From the NCBI GenBank assembly GCA_964652605.1, contig CAZZBH010000003.1, forward strand, positions 7,800-71,799: a stretch of DNA of 64,000 bases. Direction: 5' to 3'. Below the pieces are notes generated by a model, which worked only from the letters and a program-made list of their open reading frames with translations, was not told the origin of the DNA and made no database searches. Positions 55,362-64,000 of the stretch are shown one piece after another; the stretch's first letter is position 1; every line of letters starts with the position of its first letter. Origin of the DNA: an uncultured Planctomycetaceae bacterium (GTDB lineage: Bacteria > Planctomycetota > UBA8742 > UBA2392). The position numbers were made by a program, and so were the translations under genes.

Positions 55362-57209
55362 ATGGCTTTTCGCCTGGACATCCGTTCTTTCTACTTCATT
55401 GCGGCGGCTGCGCTGTTGCTGGCAGCGCTGCTGGGCTTTGTGCTCGGTTTGATGGGCGGCGGCGTCGATGTGGCGCCCACGATCCCGGATACACAAGACC
55501 TCTCAGAGCTGCCAGCCGCGCCCGGCGACTATCACCGAATTGACGACCCTCCCCCGCGGCAAGCCGATCCGACTGTCCGCAATGGGCCGTTGCGTGAGCC
55601 ATCGCGGCCGGGCCCGACCGCTCGCGCCACCCCTGCGGCGGATGTCGGGGCTGCGCCGGCCCGTCAACTGGCCGACAGCCGGGTTGACGAGATGGTTCAG
55701 GCCGCAAGCATTCAGTCGGCCGACGCGCAGATCCAGGTGACGCTTACCGATGACTCCGGCAATCGCATTGCGCAGCCGTGGGTCGCGCTGGACATCAAGG
55801 CGGGGCCGCTTGGCTGGCAGGTGCATTCGGGCATGGCAGAAATCGTGCGGGGCGAGCGCGGCGTGTTCGTGTTTCGCGGCTTGTACCCCGGCGAGTATCG
55901 CGCGCGCACGACGTCTGTGAACCATTCGCCGGCCGAGCAGCCCGTTACCGTGCACGCCGGCAGCGGGACTGAGCAGGTCACGCTGGTGCTGCAGAGAACC
56001 ATGCCCGTCGTACTCGAAATCACCCCGCGGTTCGCCGACGGCGAAAAGCCCGAGAGCGTGCAGGTGATGACCGATCGTACCGACCCCCAGGTGACACAGC
56101 CGGGCCGCTTTGGCGACCACCGCGTGCAGGGCGCATTTGACCGGCCGCCCGTGCGGCCTGTGGCGTACTGGACGACGCTGGGGCCCGAAGGCGTGCTGCG
56201 GCTTGACCTGGTGTCCGGCATAGCGGTGACCGTCACGCTGAGTGCCTTTCGCGACAACGCCAACTGGGCCTGGAGCGAGCGCATGACCCCGCAGGGCCAG
56301 GGGCAGCGGATCGATGCCGTGCTGCAGCGGGTGGACGATGACGGCAATGAGTTTCCGGGCCAATCCGGCGTCGGGCGCGTCGATGTCGCGATTGCGTTCA
56401 CGGTAGATGGCAGCGCAAGCCACCAGTTCACGCAGGTGACGCTGCGGCGGCGCCTTGAAGACGCAGCCTATACCACGCCAACAAGCGCAGAGGGCAACAA
56501 GTTCACGTGGCGAAGCCTTGCAGCGGGCACGTATTTCGTTGTCGCGCAGGTGCAGGGCCTGCACGCGCGGTTTGTCGGCTCGGTTGACGTAACGCGGGGC
56601 CTTGAGCACAGCTTTGACATTCGCACGGGCAAGCTGCTCATCGTCGCGCGGCGCGAACAGGGCAGCCCTGACCCGGACGGAAAGGCGGCGCGGTACCGCG
56701 TGAAGTTGAAGCCTCGCGGCCACGGCACCGTAGAGAACTCGTTTCTGGGCGAAGTGACCGGGCAGAACAGTCACTCGCAGAATTTTGTGCTGCCCGAAGG
56801 CGAGTACGAGGTGCAGCTCGAATCCGGCGACCTGGGCGCACCGTTGGCGGCTGAGCCGGCATCACAGAAACTGAGGATGACGGCTGGAGGATCGGAGAGT
56901 TTGTCATTTGTGCTGCGGGCTGCTTCAACACTGACGTTCCGTTGCGTTGACATCAACGGCGTGCCGTATGCCGGCGCGGAGTTTCTGCTGACGTTTCACG
57001 CGGCGGGCAGCGTGCCCGCAAGCGAGCAGGCGAACGTGCGCAAGGCGGGCGCTGACGGCGTCTGCCGCTTTGAGTCAGCGCCATACGGCAGTTCATACCT
57101 GATGATCTGGGCCGGCAGCGCCGAGTGGGACAACCCGGACCGTGTATTCAAGATCGACTTGCCGGCATACAGCGGCAAAGATCTGGGCAACATCGTTGTC
57201 GCACCGTAG
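55362..57209 (+). CDS. membrane-anchored protein with carboxypeptidase-regulatory-like beta-sandwich repeats
   Basis: TM anchor FYFIAAAALLLAALLGFVLGLMGGG. Pro-rich linker. Repeated I.V.L.D..G..........G.Y-type segments (IQVTLTDDSGNRI...FRGLYPGEYRA; FRCVDINGVPYAGAEF). Confidence 0.6.
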   Translation: MAFRLDIRSFYFIAAAALLLAALLGFVLGLMGGGVDVAPTIPDTQDLSELPAAPGDYHRIDDPPPRQADPTVRNGPLREPSRPGPTARATPAADVGAAPARQLADSRVDEMVQAASIQSADAQIQVTLTDDSGNRIAQPWVALDIKAGPLGWQVHSGMAEIVRGERGVFVFRGLYPGEYRARTTSVNHSPAEQPVTVHAGSGTEQVTLVLQRTMPVVLEITPRFADGEKPESVQVMTDRTDPQVTQPGRFGDHRVQGAFDRPPVRPVAYWTTLGPEGVLRLDLVSGIAVTVTLSAFRDNANWAWSERMTPQGQGQRIDAVLQRVDDDGNEFPGQSGVGRVDVAIAFTVDGSASHQFTQVTLRRRLEDAAYTTPTSAEGNKFTWRSLAAGTYFVVAQVQGLHARFVGSVDVTRGLEHSFDIRTGKLLIVARREQGSPDPDGKAARYRVKLKPRGHGTVENSFLGEVTGQNSHSQNFVLPEGEYEVQLESGDLGAPLAAEPASQKLRMTAGGSESLSFVLRAASTLTFRCVDINGVPYAGAEFLLTFHAAGSVPASEQANVRKAGADGVCRFESAPYGSSYLMIWAGSAEWDNPDRVFKIDLPAYSGKDLGNIVVAP

Positions 57210-57231
57210 GGGCGACGCAAGCGTCGCCCCT
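57208..57231. terminator. GC-rich perfect palindrome between convergent genes (bidirectional terminator candidate)
   Basis: aggggcgacgc-aa-gcgtcgcccct gives an 11-bp stem. It overlaps the TAG stop at 57207-57209. Confidence 0.55.
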
Positions 57232-57259
57232 ACACGACCAGATTCGATCGACGCGATCG

Positions 57260-58078
57260 CTACTCGTTCACGGCACCCGGGATTCGCAGTGTGAAACGCG
57301 CGCCGCCCTGGCGGTTGTTTGAAGCGACAATTTCGCCGCCGTGGGTGTCAGCGATGCGGCGGCACAGCGCGAGGCCGAGGCCGGTCCCGCCTTCGCGGCT
57401 TGAAAACGCCGGCACAAAGATGCGCGTGAGCAGGTCAGCAGGAATGCCGGGCCCGTCATCGCGCACCTCAAACTCGGCGACAGCATCGTCTATGTGTGCG
57501 CTGACGTGCACCGCTCCGCCCTTGCGGCCGTCCTTGCGCCCGCGAATGGCTTGTGCCGCGTTGACAATCAGGTTGAGCAATGCCCGGGCCACCAGGTCTG
57601 CATCCACGTCGGCCTGGCCCTCACCGCAGTCGACGTACAGCTTGATCTCGCCTTCCGGGAGCTCGCGCGCGGCGAGGTTCACAGCCTCCATGACAACGTA
57701 CGTCAGTGGCGTCAGTGCGCGGTTCGCCTCAACCTGACGGCTGTGCGCGAGTACGTCGTGGACCACGCGGTCAAGCCGGGCCACCACGCCGCGAATCCTG
57801 GCGATCGAGGCGTTGCGTTGCATGCCACGCTCGCGGGCAAGCAGGTCAAGGCAGTGGCGGATGCCGCCCAGCGGGTCACGGATTTCCTGCGCCACGCCCG
57901 CGGCGAGTTCGCCAAGCACAGCCATCTGTTCGTGCTGGGCGAGGAGCTCATCTTTCAGCACCAGCTCGGCCTGCAACTGATGGATTTGATCGAGCAGGGC
58001 GTCGTGCTCCGGCCCGGCTTGGCGGTGCGATCCACGCGTGTTTCGCGAGAACTCGGCAGTGGGAGATTTCACTTGCAT
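57260..58078 (-). CDS. soluble histidine-kinase-like protein with Gln at the phospho-acceptor position
   Basis: HisKA-like LGELAAGVAQEIRDPLGGI, where family members usually read AHEIRNPL. N box LLNLIVNAAQAI, G1 DDGPGIP, G2 GGTGLGLALCRRI. Codon CAG verified as ctg at 57887-57889. Confidence 0.8.
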   Translation of the reverse strand: MQVKSPTAEFSRNTRGSHRQAGPEHDALLDQIHQLQAELVLKDELLAQHEQMAVLGELAAGVAQEIRDPLGGIRHCLDLLARERGMQRNASIARIRGVVARLDRVVHDVLAHSRQVEANRALTPLTYVVMEAVNLAARELPEGEIKLYVDCGEGQADVDADLVARALLNLIVNAAQAIRGRKDGRKGGAVHVSAHIDDAVAEFEVRDDGPGIPADLLTRIFVPAFSSREGGTGLGLALCRRIADTHGGEIVASNNRQGGARFTLRIPGAVNE

Positions 58079-58292
58079 CCTCCATACCCCGTACTGGAAC
58101 TATAAAATACGTAAATAGCGGTGGCAACCGAAAAGCATGTACATTCAGTAAAAATCCGGAGTGCCGCTTGCCGGCGTGTGTAGCGTCATGCCCAAGTCAT
58201 GTTCGTTTCAATCCTTGTGCGGAGCTTGACAGGGTCGCGCCTGCGGCTAGATTGGCCATCCTTCGCCCACCCCCCTGAAGGAGTTTTTCACG

Positions 58293-60857
58293 ATGCTGCT
58301 ACGCATTGCGCGTGCGTCGATTGTCGTCGCTTGTGCGGTCCTTCTGACCCTTACCTTCAATCCGCTTGAGAACGTACCTGTGGCGTTTGCACAGGACGAC
58401 GAGCTTTCGGACGTCCGCGAGGGCATTCGCGAGTACAAGCGCGGCAACTGGGAAAACGCGATCCGCAAGTTTGACGAAGTGCTGGCGCGCGACCCCAACG
58501 ACGAACTTGCCCGCAAGATTCGCGACGAGGTCGGCCTTGAACTGGCCCAGAACTTCGTGCAGGCGAACATGACGGCGCCGGGCCTGACGGGCCGCTACAA
58601 CCGCTTCGGGAAGTGGTTGATGGCGGGCCGACCCAAGACCGACCCCATGGGCCGCACCAACAACCCGGAAGAAATCAAGGAGTACGTTGACGCGTACTTT
58701 GCTGACCGGGACGTTGGCCGCAAGCTTTTGCGCGCGCAGAGCATCCGCGACAGCTACGGCGACTTTGCGGTGCCTTACATTCAGGCAACGTACATGCACG
58801 CCGAAAGCATGGATTGGCGCTATGAGGCGCGCAATCTGCTGCGCACCCTGGGCTCGCAGGCCGTCAACGCGCTGATCCAGTGCATGCACAGCGACGAGCT
58901 GCATGACCGCCAGACGGCGGCGCTGGCACTGGGCGACATCGGCGACGCTCGCGCGCTTCCTGTCCTGGCCAAGCACTTCCAGAACAGCGAAGAGGATGAG
59001 CAGGTGCGCGAGGCTTGCCGCGCCGGCATCCAGGCCATCCGCGCCGGCGGGTCTGAGCAGGACCGGCAGGTGACCGACGCCAAGGACCTGTACTACCTTC
59101 AGGCTGAGGGCTACTACCGCAACAACGCTGCCGGGCGCTTCTGGCGCAACCGGCTGGTGGGCGGCGGGTATCCCGGCAATCTGCCGATCGCGATGTACAG
59201 CCACGACCGCCGCTACACGGCATGGAAGTGGATTCCTGAGAAAGAGGTCGGCGAAGGGGAAAGCAAGTTGACGCCACAGGACGTTCCGCTGTGGGCTTTT
59301 GCAGACATCCTGGCCGAGGACGCGGCGATTGAGGCGATTGAGCTGGGCATACGCTACGGTGGTGCGAACAGCAACTGGGTTCGCGACGCCGAGGCTCTGC
59401 TGGCATGCATTCACATGCACATGTACGGCGAGTGCCGCGCGCGCTTCCACCTTGGCGACGAGGCTGAGCAGGCATTCATCGTCGAAATGCTCGGCGAAGA
59501 AGGCTTCCTGCCGCAGCTTCACGGCCTTGGCCTGTCAGCTGCAAGCGGCAGCCCGGTGCTGTACCGCGCGCTTGAGCGCAGCCTGGCCGACGGCTATCCG
59601 TCGGTCAGCGTGGCGCTTTGCGACGCCCTGGCGCAGCTTGGCGACCAGTCGGCAGTAGGCACCCAGGCGGGTGCGCCCCTGTTGCGCGCGCTTGGCGACC
59701 CGGACAAGAACGTCCGCTACGCCGCTGCACGCGCACTGATCAGCCTGGCCGGCGACAAGGACACAGGCCAGAACCCGGAAGTCGTCGCCGCCGCCGTGCA
59801 GAACCTGCAGGAAGTCGCGGCCCGCACGGTGCTGGTCATCATGGAAGACGAGGCGCTGCGCAACCGCTTTCTGTCCGACCTGGCGAGCCTCGGGCACGCG
59901 TCGGTCGGCGCGCGCACCCTTGAAGAGGGCGCCGATCTTGCCACGCAAGGCACGCCATGGGACGCCATCATCCTGCAAGGCGACCTGGCAGTCGGCGCGG
60001 TAAGCGTGTTTGAGGCACCCAACATCGCCGGCGCCACAAACCGCTCGCAGATGGCCGAGCCGATCTTCCACCTGCTCAAGAACGACATCCGCACTCGCGG
60101 CGTGCCGGTACTGGTGGCGGTGCCGGGCGCCGAGCTTGACTCGCGCCGCGGTGACCTGAGCGCACTTGAGCTGTCTGACAACCGGTTTGTCACCTTCCAG
60201 GTTGAAGCCGGCTATGCCGTGGACGCTGACGGCCTGGCGCAGTCACTGGACGCGGCCTGGAGCGAAAGCGTCGAGAATACCAAGAGCAAGACCAACGACG
60301 CGGTGGTCGCAACCGCCAACGCCATCGGCGCGCTGAACCCTGCCACCACAAAGTTCAACGTGCAGGCGCTGCTGGAGGGTCTGTCCGGCGGCCTGCGGCT
60401 TGACGGCCGCACTTCGGCGGCGCGCGAAGCAATCTGCTCAGCCATAGCCTCGCTGGTCGCGGATGCCAACCGCACTGGTGCGTCGTGGGTGCGCGAGAAC
60501 GTGGTGCCCAACCTGCTGGACACCATCGCCAGTGAAGAGCTGGTGGATCGTGCAAGCGTGAAGGCTGCTGCCGCCCGCGCGCTGGGTGCTACCTACGGCA
60601 CGCATCGCGGGGCGTGGGATGAGGACGGGTTCAACGCCCTGAAGTCCATGCTTCGCCTGAAGGCTGAGCTTGCGCAGGCCACCGACGACGCGCAGCGCAT
60701 GGCCCTGGCCCTGGAAGTGTACGACGCCCGTAACGCGGCCGGTAAAGCCATCGGGCGCGCGCCGACAACCGAGGCGCAGCGGCTTGAAGTTCGCAAGCTG
60801 CAGGCGGTCAACCCGCATGCGCCACACCCGGCACGACGCACCGCCGGCAATGACTAG
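58293..60857 (+). CDS. secreted HEAT-repeat (PBS-lyase type) protein
   Basis: Signal peptide MLLRIARASIVVACAVLLTLTF. HEAT-PBS motifs TAALALGDIGDARALPVLAKHF, ALAQLGDQSAVG, LLRALGDPDKNVRYAAARALISL. Confidence 0.75.
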   Translation: MLLRIARASIVVACAVLLTLTFNPLENVPVAFAQDDELSDVREGIREYKRGNWENAIRKFDEVLARDPNDELARKIRDEVGLELAQNFVQANMTAPGLTGRYNRFGKWLMAGRPKTDPMGRTNNPEEIKEYVDAYFADRDVGRKLLRAQSIRDSYGDFAVPYIQATYMHAESMDWRYEARNLLRTLGSQAVNALIQCMHSDELHDRQTAALALGDIGDARALPVLAKHFQNSEEDEQVREACRAGIQAIRAGGSEQDRQVTDAKDLYYLQAEGYYRNNAAGRFWRNRLVGGGYPGNLPIAMYSHDRRYTAWKWIPEKEVGEGESKLTPQDVPLWAFADILAEDAAIEAIELGIRYGGANSNWVRDAEALLACIHMHMYGECRARFHLGDEAEQAFIVEMLGEEGFLPQLHGLGLSAASGSPVLYRALERSLADGYPSVSVALCDALAQLGDQSAVGTQAGAPLLRALGDPDKNVRYAAARALISLAGDKDTGQNPEVVAAAVQNLQEVAARTVLVIMEDEALRNRFLSDLASLGHASVGARTLEEGADLATQGTPWDAIILQGDLAVGAVSVFEAPNIAGATNRSQMAEPIFHLLKNDIRTRGVPVLVAVPGAELDSRRGDLSALELSDNRFVTFQVEAGYAVDADGLAQSLDAAWSESVENTKSKTNDAVVATANAIGALNPATTKFNVQALLEGLSGGLRLDGRTSAAREAICSAIASLVADANRTGASWVRENVVPNLLDTIASEELVDRASVKAAAARALGATYGTHRGAWDEDGFNALKSMLRLKAELAQATDDAQRMALALEVYDARNAAGKAIGRAPTTEAQRLEVRKLQAVNPHAPHPARRTAGND

Positions 60858-60999
60858 TTTTGCCTTGCCATGCCCGGGGCCGCCTATGTGGGCGGCCCCA
60901 ACTCATTTGGCTCGCCGTGCGCTCCGTTACTGCGGTGGTGGCGGTCGAAGGATGAACCCGCTGCGACCTCTCTTCGCCGTTTGCCACCATTCGCAAGTT

Positions 61000-61139
61000 G
61001 GTTTCAAACGGAGCAACGGAGAAACAGAGGTTTGATGCCGCGCGGCGGCCCTCACTCCCTTGGCGCGCTTTCGTGCAGAGCCGGGCGCACGCCGCCCAAC
61101 CATCCCTTCTCTGTTACTCCGTGTCTCCGTTTTCATTCC
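61000..61139. repeat. heptad-arm inverted-repeat intergenic element, copy D
   Basis: Left arm ggtttcaaacggagcaacggagaaacagagg. The reverse complement of the right arm is ggaatgaaaacggagacacggagtaacagagaaggg. About 73 bp lies between them. Confidence 0.75.
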
Positions 61140-61281
61140 AGCCATGCAAGCGGCCGTGAGTTGCAACCGTCAAGCTCGAAAGGTGTTACGAGCAAACAAT
61201 GTCGCTGCGCCGGAGAGCGGGGATTTGCGCGTTCAACTTGAGCGCCCCGAGCTTGCGCTCGGGGCACCAGTTTTGGCTGCG

Positions 61282-63645
61282 CTACGGCGAGAGTGTCAGC
61301 GGTTGTACGTGCACCCCGCCCGCGCCGCGCGCTGAAACCAATACGAACTCGTTGCCGAACAGGCTGGCAATCGCGGGGCCGTCAGGCGTTGTGTCCAGCG
61401 CCAAGCCGCCCTGCAGGTTGCCGTACACCGGCGCCGCCAGCAGCGTGGGGCCCGCTGTGCCCGATTCAAGCGCGAACATGCCAGCCTCGGGTGTGATGAA
61501 CACGGCGCCGTCGCTGCCCCAGGCCGCGTGCGAAAACGCTTCCAGTGCCGGCAATGGCAACGCGTCGCCAGACGATGCGGCGGCCCCAGGCTGTACCGTG
61601 ACTGCCTGGCGCACGGTGAAGAAGCCGCCCAGCACTTGCTCGGTCATTACCAGGTAGCTGCCGTCCACGGCGTCCCAACTGCAAGCGCCGCCGCCACCGG
61701 CGGTAGAAATGTCAAAGGCCGCTGCTGCTGCGGCACCGGTGCTGACAGTCAGCAGGCGGCCGCGCACACCGCTGCCGTCGCGTGCCGTGACCAGCGCTTC
61801 GTCGGTAAGGTCGCCCGGTGCCGCGAGGCCGGCCAGCGTGGCCGCCGTAAAGACGGTCACTGTGGTGCCGACCTGCGTGCCGTCGAACTCAAACACGCCC
61901 GCGTGCACATCGAGGCCGGATTGCCACGCGATGACGAACAAGTCTTGTTCATAGTGGTACTGCACAAGCGGGCGCGTGCCGGTGCCCAGGTTGATCTCGC
62001 TGTACAGGCTGCCGAAGACAGGGTCGAAAAAGATGCCCCAGACGCTGGATGTTGCGGCATCCGCGCCGGTGGCGCCCACCACAACCGTGTCGGCAATGTC
62101 GTTGGCGGCAAGGCCGAACCCGCCCGCTGGGTCAAGGTTGACGCCCGGTTCGTGCGTCTCGGCGCCGAAGGGGTTCAGCGTTGTACCGTCCAGAAAGGTG
62201 TACTCCAGCGTACGGTTGGTGGTGCCGACATCCGACAGCCAGGCCACAATGTAGTCGGTCCCGTCTGAAGCCACGGCGCATTCGTCCGCTACATCGGTGG
62301 TGGTGATGTCAAAGGCAGTGCCGACATCCAGCGAGCCCGGGCCGCCGTCGCTGCCTGCAATGATCGTGAAGGTGTAGTTCAGCGTGCGCGTGGCCGGCGA
62401 GGCGTTGGCCAGCGTCCCGGTGATGGTGCCCGTGCCCGTCAGGTCCGTCGTGTCGAAGTCGGTGAACGTCACGGTGGCGGATGCGGCAGCCAGGTCGCTG
62501 GTGAACTGGTCGGCACCGTCGGTCAGCGTCATCAGGCGGCTTGTCGCGCTGAACGGGTCGCCACTGTCAAAGGCCGCGTCATTGAACTGGATTGGCGCCA
62601 GGCCCGCATCCGGCAGCGTGTCGGGCATGAGCAGCAGCAAGGTCTGGGTCCCGGTGGCGTTGCTCAGCGCGATGGTGCGCCGGCCGCCCGCATCGGTGAT
62701 TGCGCCGCCCAGCGCGGTCGCAACGCCGCTGCCCGTCGTGAACGTAAAGTTGACCTGCAACGTGCCCGCGCCGCCCTGTTGCGCCAGGGTGCCGATCATG
62801 CTTCCGCTGCTGCTGGTGGCTGTGAACGTGTCAATCTGCACGACAACCGAAGCCGTCGGGCTGTCACTTGTGTAGGTGTTGCCGCCGGTCTGCACGGTCA
62901 GCAGGCGGTTGTTCGGGTCAAACGGGTTGGCGGCGTTGAATGCCGCGTCGTTCAGGGTGATCAGCGTGGGGGGTGTCAGGGTGTCGGCTGTGCGCACCAG
63001 CAGGTTGACACTGAAGGCTGAAGCCGCATCGGCAAGCTGAAACACCGTGCTGGTTGCCAGGGCGCTGACGGTGCCGGTCAAGGCAGTGGAGGGCGGAGGC
63101 GGATCGGTATCTTTGTGCGTGCTGACCGCATAGCTGTCCAGCGCGGTGAATGTCGCGCGAACGTAGGGCGATTCCAGCACGGTGAACTGCGTGTCTGCAG
63201 CCGGGCTTAGTGTCGTGAAGTTCAGCTCGGCTACATTGTTGCCGCGGATGCGCAGCAATGACAGCTCGGCATTGCTGACGCCATCCTCGTTGGCAAGGCC
63301 GCGATCGTAAAGCAGCTCCAGCGATGCCGGCGGGTCAAGGTCAATCCCCTCTACGGGCTTGCCGTCGTCGTCCTGCACCTCGACTTTCACCACGGGCGAG
63401 TAAAGCCGATAGCCGGCGGGCTTGCTGCTGCCCAGCGACAGCTTGACGCGGCTGCCCTCAGGGATCTGGCCGGCGCCGCTGCCGATGTTGGTGCCGCTGA
63501 TAAACAGCCGGGCACTGCCCAGTTCAAGCTCGATGTCCTGTCCGGCGCGGGCGGTGGCCGTTTTCGGATCGACCGATGTGCCGTCGTCCATGGTGCACGC
63601 GGCGAGCACCAGCAGGAAACAGGGCAATACGAGGCGGTAACGCAT
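61282..63645 (-). CDS. large lipoprotein, unknown function (Thr/Gly/Ala-rich beta-type)
   Basis: MRYRLVLPCFLLVLAACTMDDG (lipobox LAAC). 787 aa with internal similar segments (LTPPTLITLNDAAFNAANPFDPNNRLLTV versus LAPIQFNDAAFDSGDPFSATSRLMTL). Confidence 0.65.
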   Translation of the reverse strand: MRYRLVLPCFLLVLAACTMDDGTSVDPKTATARAGQDIELELGSARLFISGTNIGSGAGQIPEGSRVKLSLGSSKPAGYRLYSPVVKVEVQDDDGKPVEGIDLDPPASLELLYDRGLANEDGVSNAELSLLRIRGNNVAELNFTTLSPAADTQFTVLESPYVRATFTALDSYAVSTHKDTDPPPPSTALTGTVSALATSTVFQLADAASAFSVNLLVRTADTLTPPTLITLNDAAFNAANPFDPNNRLLTVQTGGNTYTSDSPTASVVVQIDTFTATSSSGSMIGTLAQQGGAGTLQVNFTFTTGSGVATALGGAITDAGGRRTIALSNATGTQTLLLLMPDTLPDAGLAPIQFNDAAFDSGDPFSATSRLMTLTDGADQFTSDLAAASATVTFTDFDTTDLTGTGTITGTLANASPATRTLNYTFTIIAGSDGGPGSLDVGTAFDITTTDVADECAVASDGTDYIVAWLSDVGTTNRTLEYTFLDGTTLNPFGAETHEPGVNLDPAGGFGLAANDIADTVVVGATGADAATSSVWGIFFDPVFGSLYSEINLGTGTRPLVQYHYEQDLFVIAWQSGLDVHAGVFEFDGTQVGTTVTVFTAATLAGLAAPGDLTDEALVTARDGSGVRGRLLTVSTGAAAAAAFDISTAGGGGACSWDAVDGSYLVMTEQVLGGFFTVRQAVTVQPGAAASSGDALPLPALEAFSHAAWGSDGAVFITPEAGMFALESGTAGPTLLAAPVYGNLQGGLALDTTPDGPAIASLFGNEFVLVSARGAGGVHVQPLTLSP

Positions 63646-63853
63646 CAGGGCTCTCCGGCAAAGACTGGATCAGGGCGACGCAGGCAGACGGGCAGCAATA
63701 CAAGGGCTCCACATTCCCGCCAGCGGTGAAACGAGCGGCACAAGGGCGGGTTGGCAAAGGATGGTGGGAGAAGGTAGGGCTTGAAAATCGGGTTGCCCGG
63801 GGTACGCTTAAGCTAGTTGCCAGCAAATAGCGTACCGATTTGAAAGAAATCCC

Positions 63854-64000
63854 TTGAATTCCTATCCCGAAAGCCTCTCGCGACTCGTCGAGAGCCTCAA
63901 AAAGCTTCCAGGCATCGGCAATCGTACCGCTGAAAGACTTGCGTTTCACCTGGTCAACCTCTCCGACGATGAAGCCATGGCGCTCGCACGTGCCATTCGC
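63854..64000 (+). CDS. recR: recombination protein RecR, N-terminal fragment (runs off the window)
   Basis: Not in the ORF track (shorter than 60 aa). My translation from TTG 63854 is (M)NSYPESLSRLVESLKKLPGIGNRTAERLAFHLVNLSDDEAMALARAIR, the RecR HhH N-terminus. An in-frame TAA sits at 63809-63811, and there is no ATG or GTG between it and the TTG. Confidence 0.7.
   Translation, partial: MNSYPESLSRLVESLKKLPGIGNRTAERLAFHLVNLSDDEAMALARAIR

Noticed and set aside
63791-63825. The motif CCCGGGGTA...GCTTAAGCTA upstream of recR resembles (in reverse complement) GGGTAGCTAAGCT...CCCCGGGGTACC upstream of the 829-aa gene at 51297-51335.
   Set aside because: There are only two short, gapped occurrences in opposite orientations relative to the downstream genes. 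Without a genome-wide count this cannot be distinguished from chance palindromic GC-rich sequence.

Overview
High-GC (roughly 65-70% by eye) bacterial chromosomal window. The lineage is not assignable from sequence alone; the gene content (HEAT, Kelch, P-domain and choice-of-anchor-D giant proteins, Ser/Thr kinase, DUF1579/AHSA1 clusters) fits Planctomycetota, PVC or Myxococcota-like genomes. About 50 supportable CDS. Core genes: trmO, rnpA, priA, an ABC1/UbiB-type kinase, DUF58/BatA-like, eno, ispD, rpsO, pnp, recJ, ispH, recR (partial). Accessory content: (1) a seven-gene, single-strand island between pnp and recJ (20.6-26.9 kb). It starts with an orphan HK97-fold capsid/encapsulin-like gene and contains a low-GC toxin/immunity-like pair. 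This is my best candidate for an undescribed system. (2) A 2,609-aa secreted protein with 3 orphan proprotein-convertase P-domains, 6 choice-of-anchor-D-like modules and a long Kelch region. (3) An adjacent methyltransferase-Wzm-Wzt-glycosyltransferase cluster. (4) An ArsR/SRPBCC/DoxX cluster. (5) An ~105-nt duplicate of the ispH 3' end bracketing a single 829-aa HEAT-like gene. (6) A family of intergenic inverted-repeat elements built from CACAGAG/CACGGAG heptads, with at least 5 copies. Many long antisense ORFs in the track are GC-driven artefacts and are not called. All family assignments come from motif recognition by eye. No searches were run.
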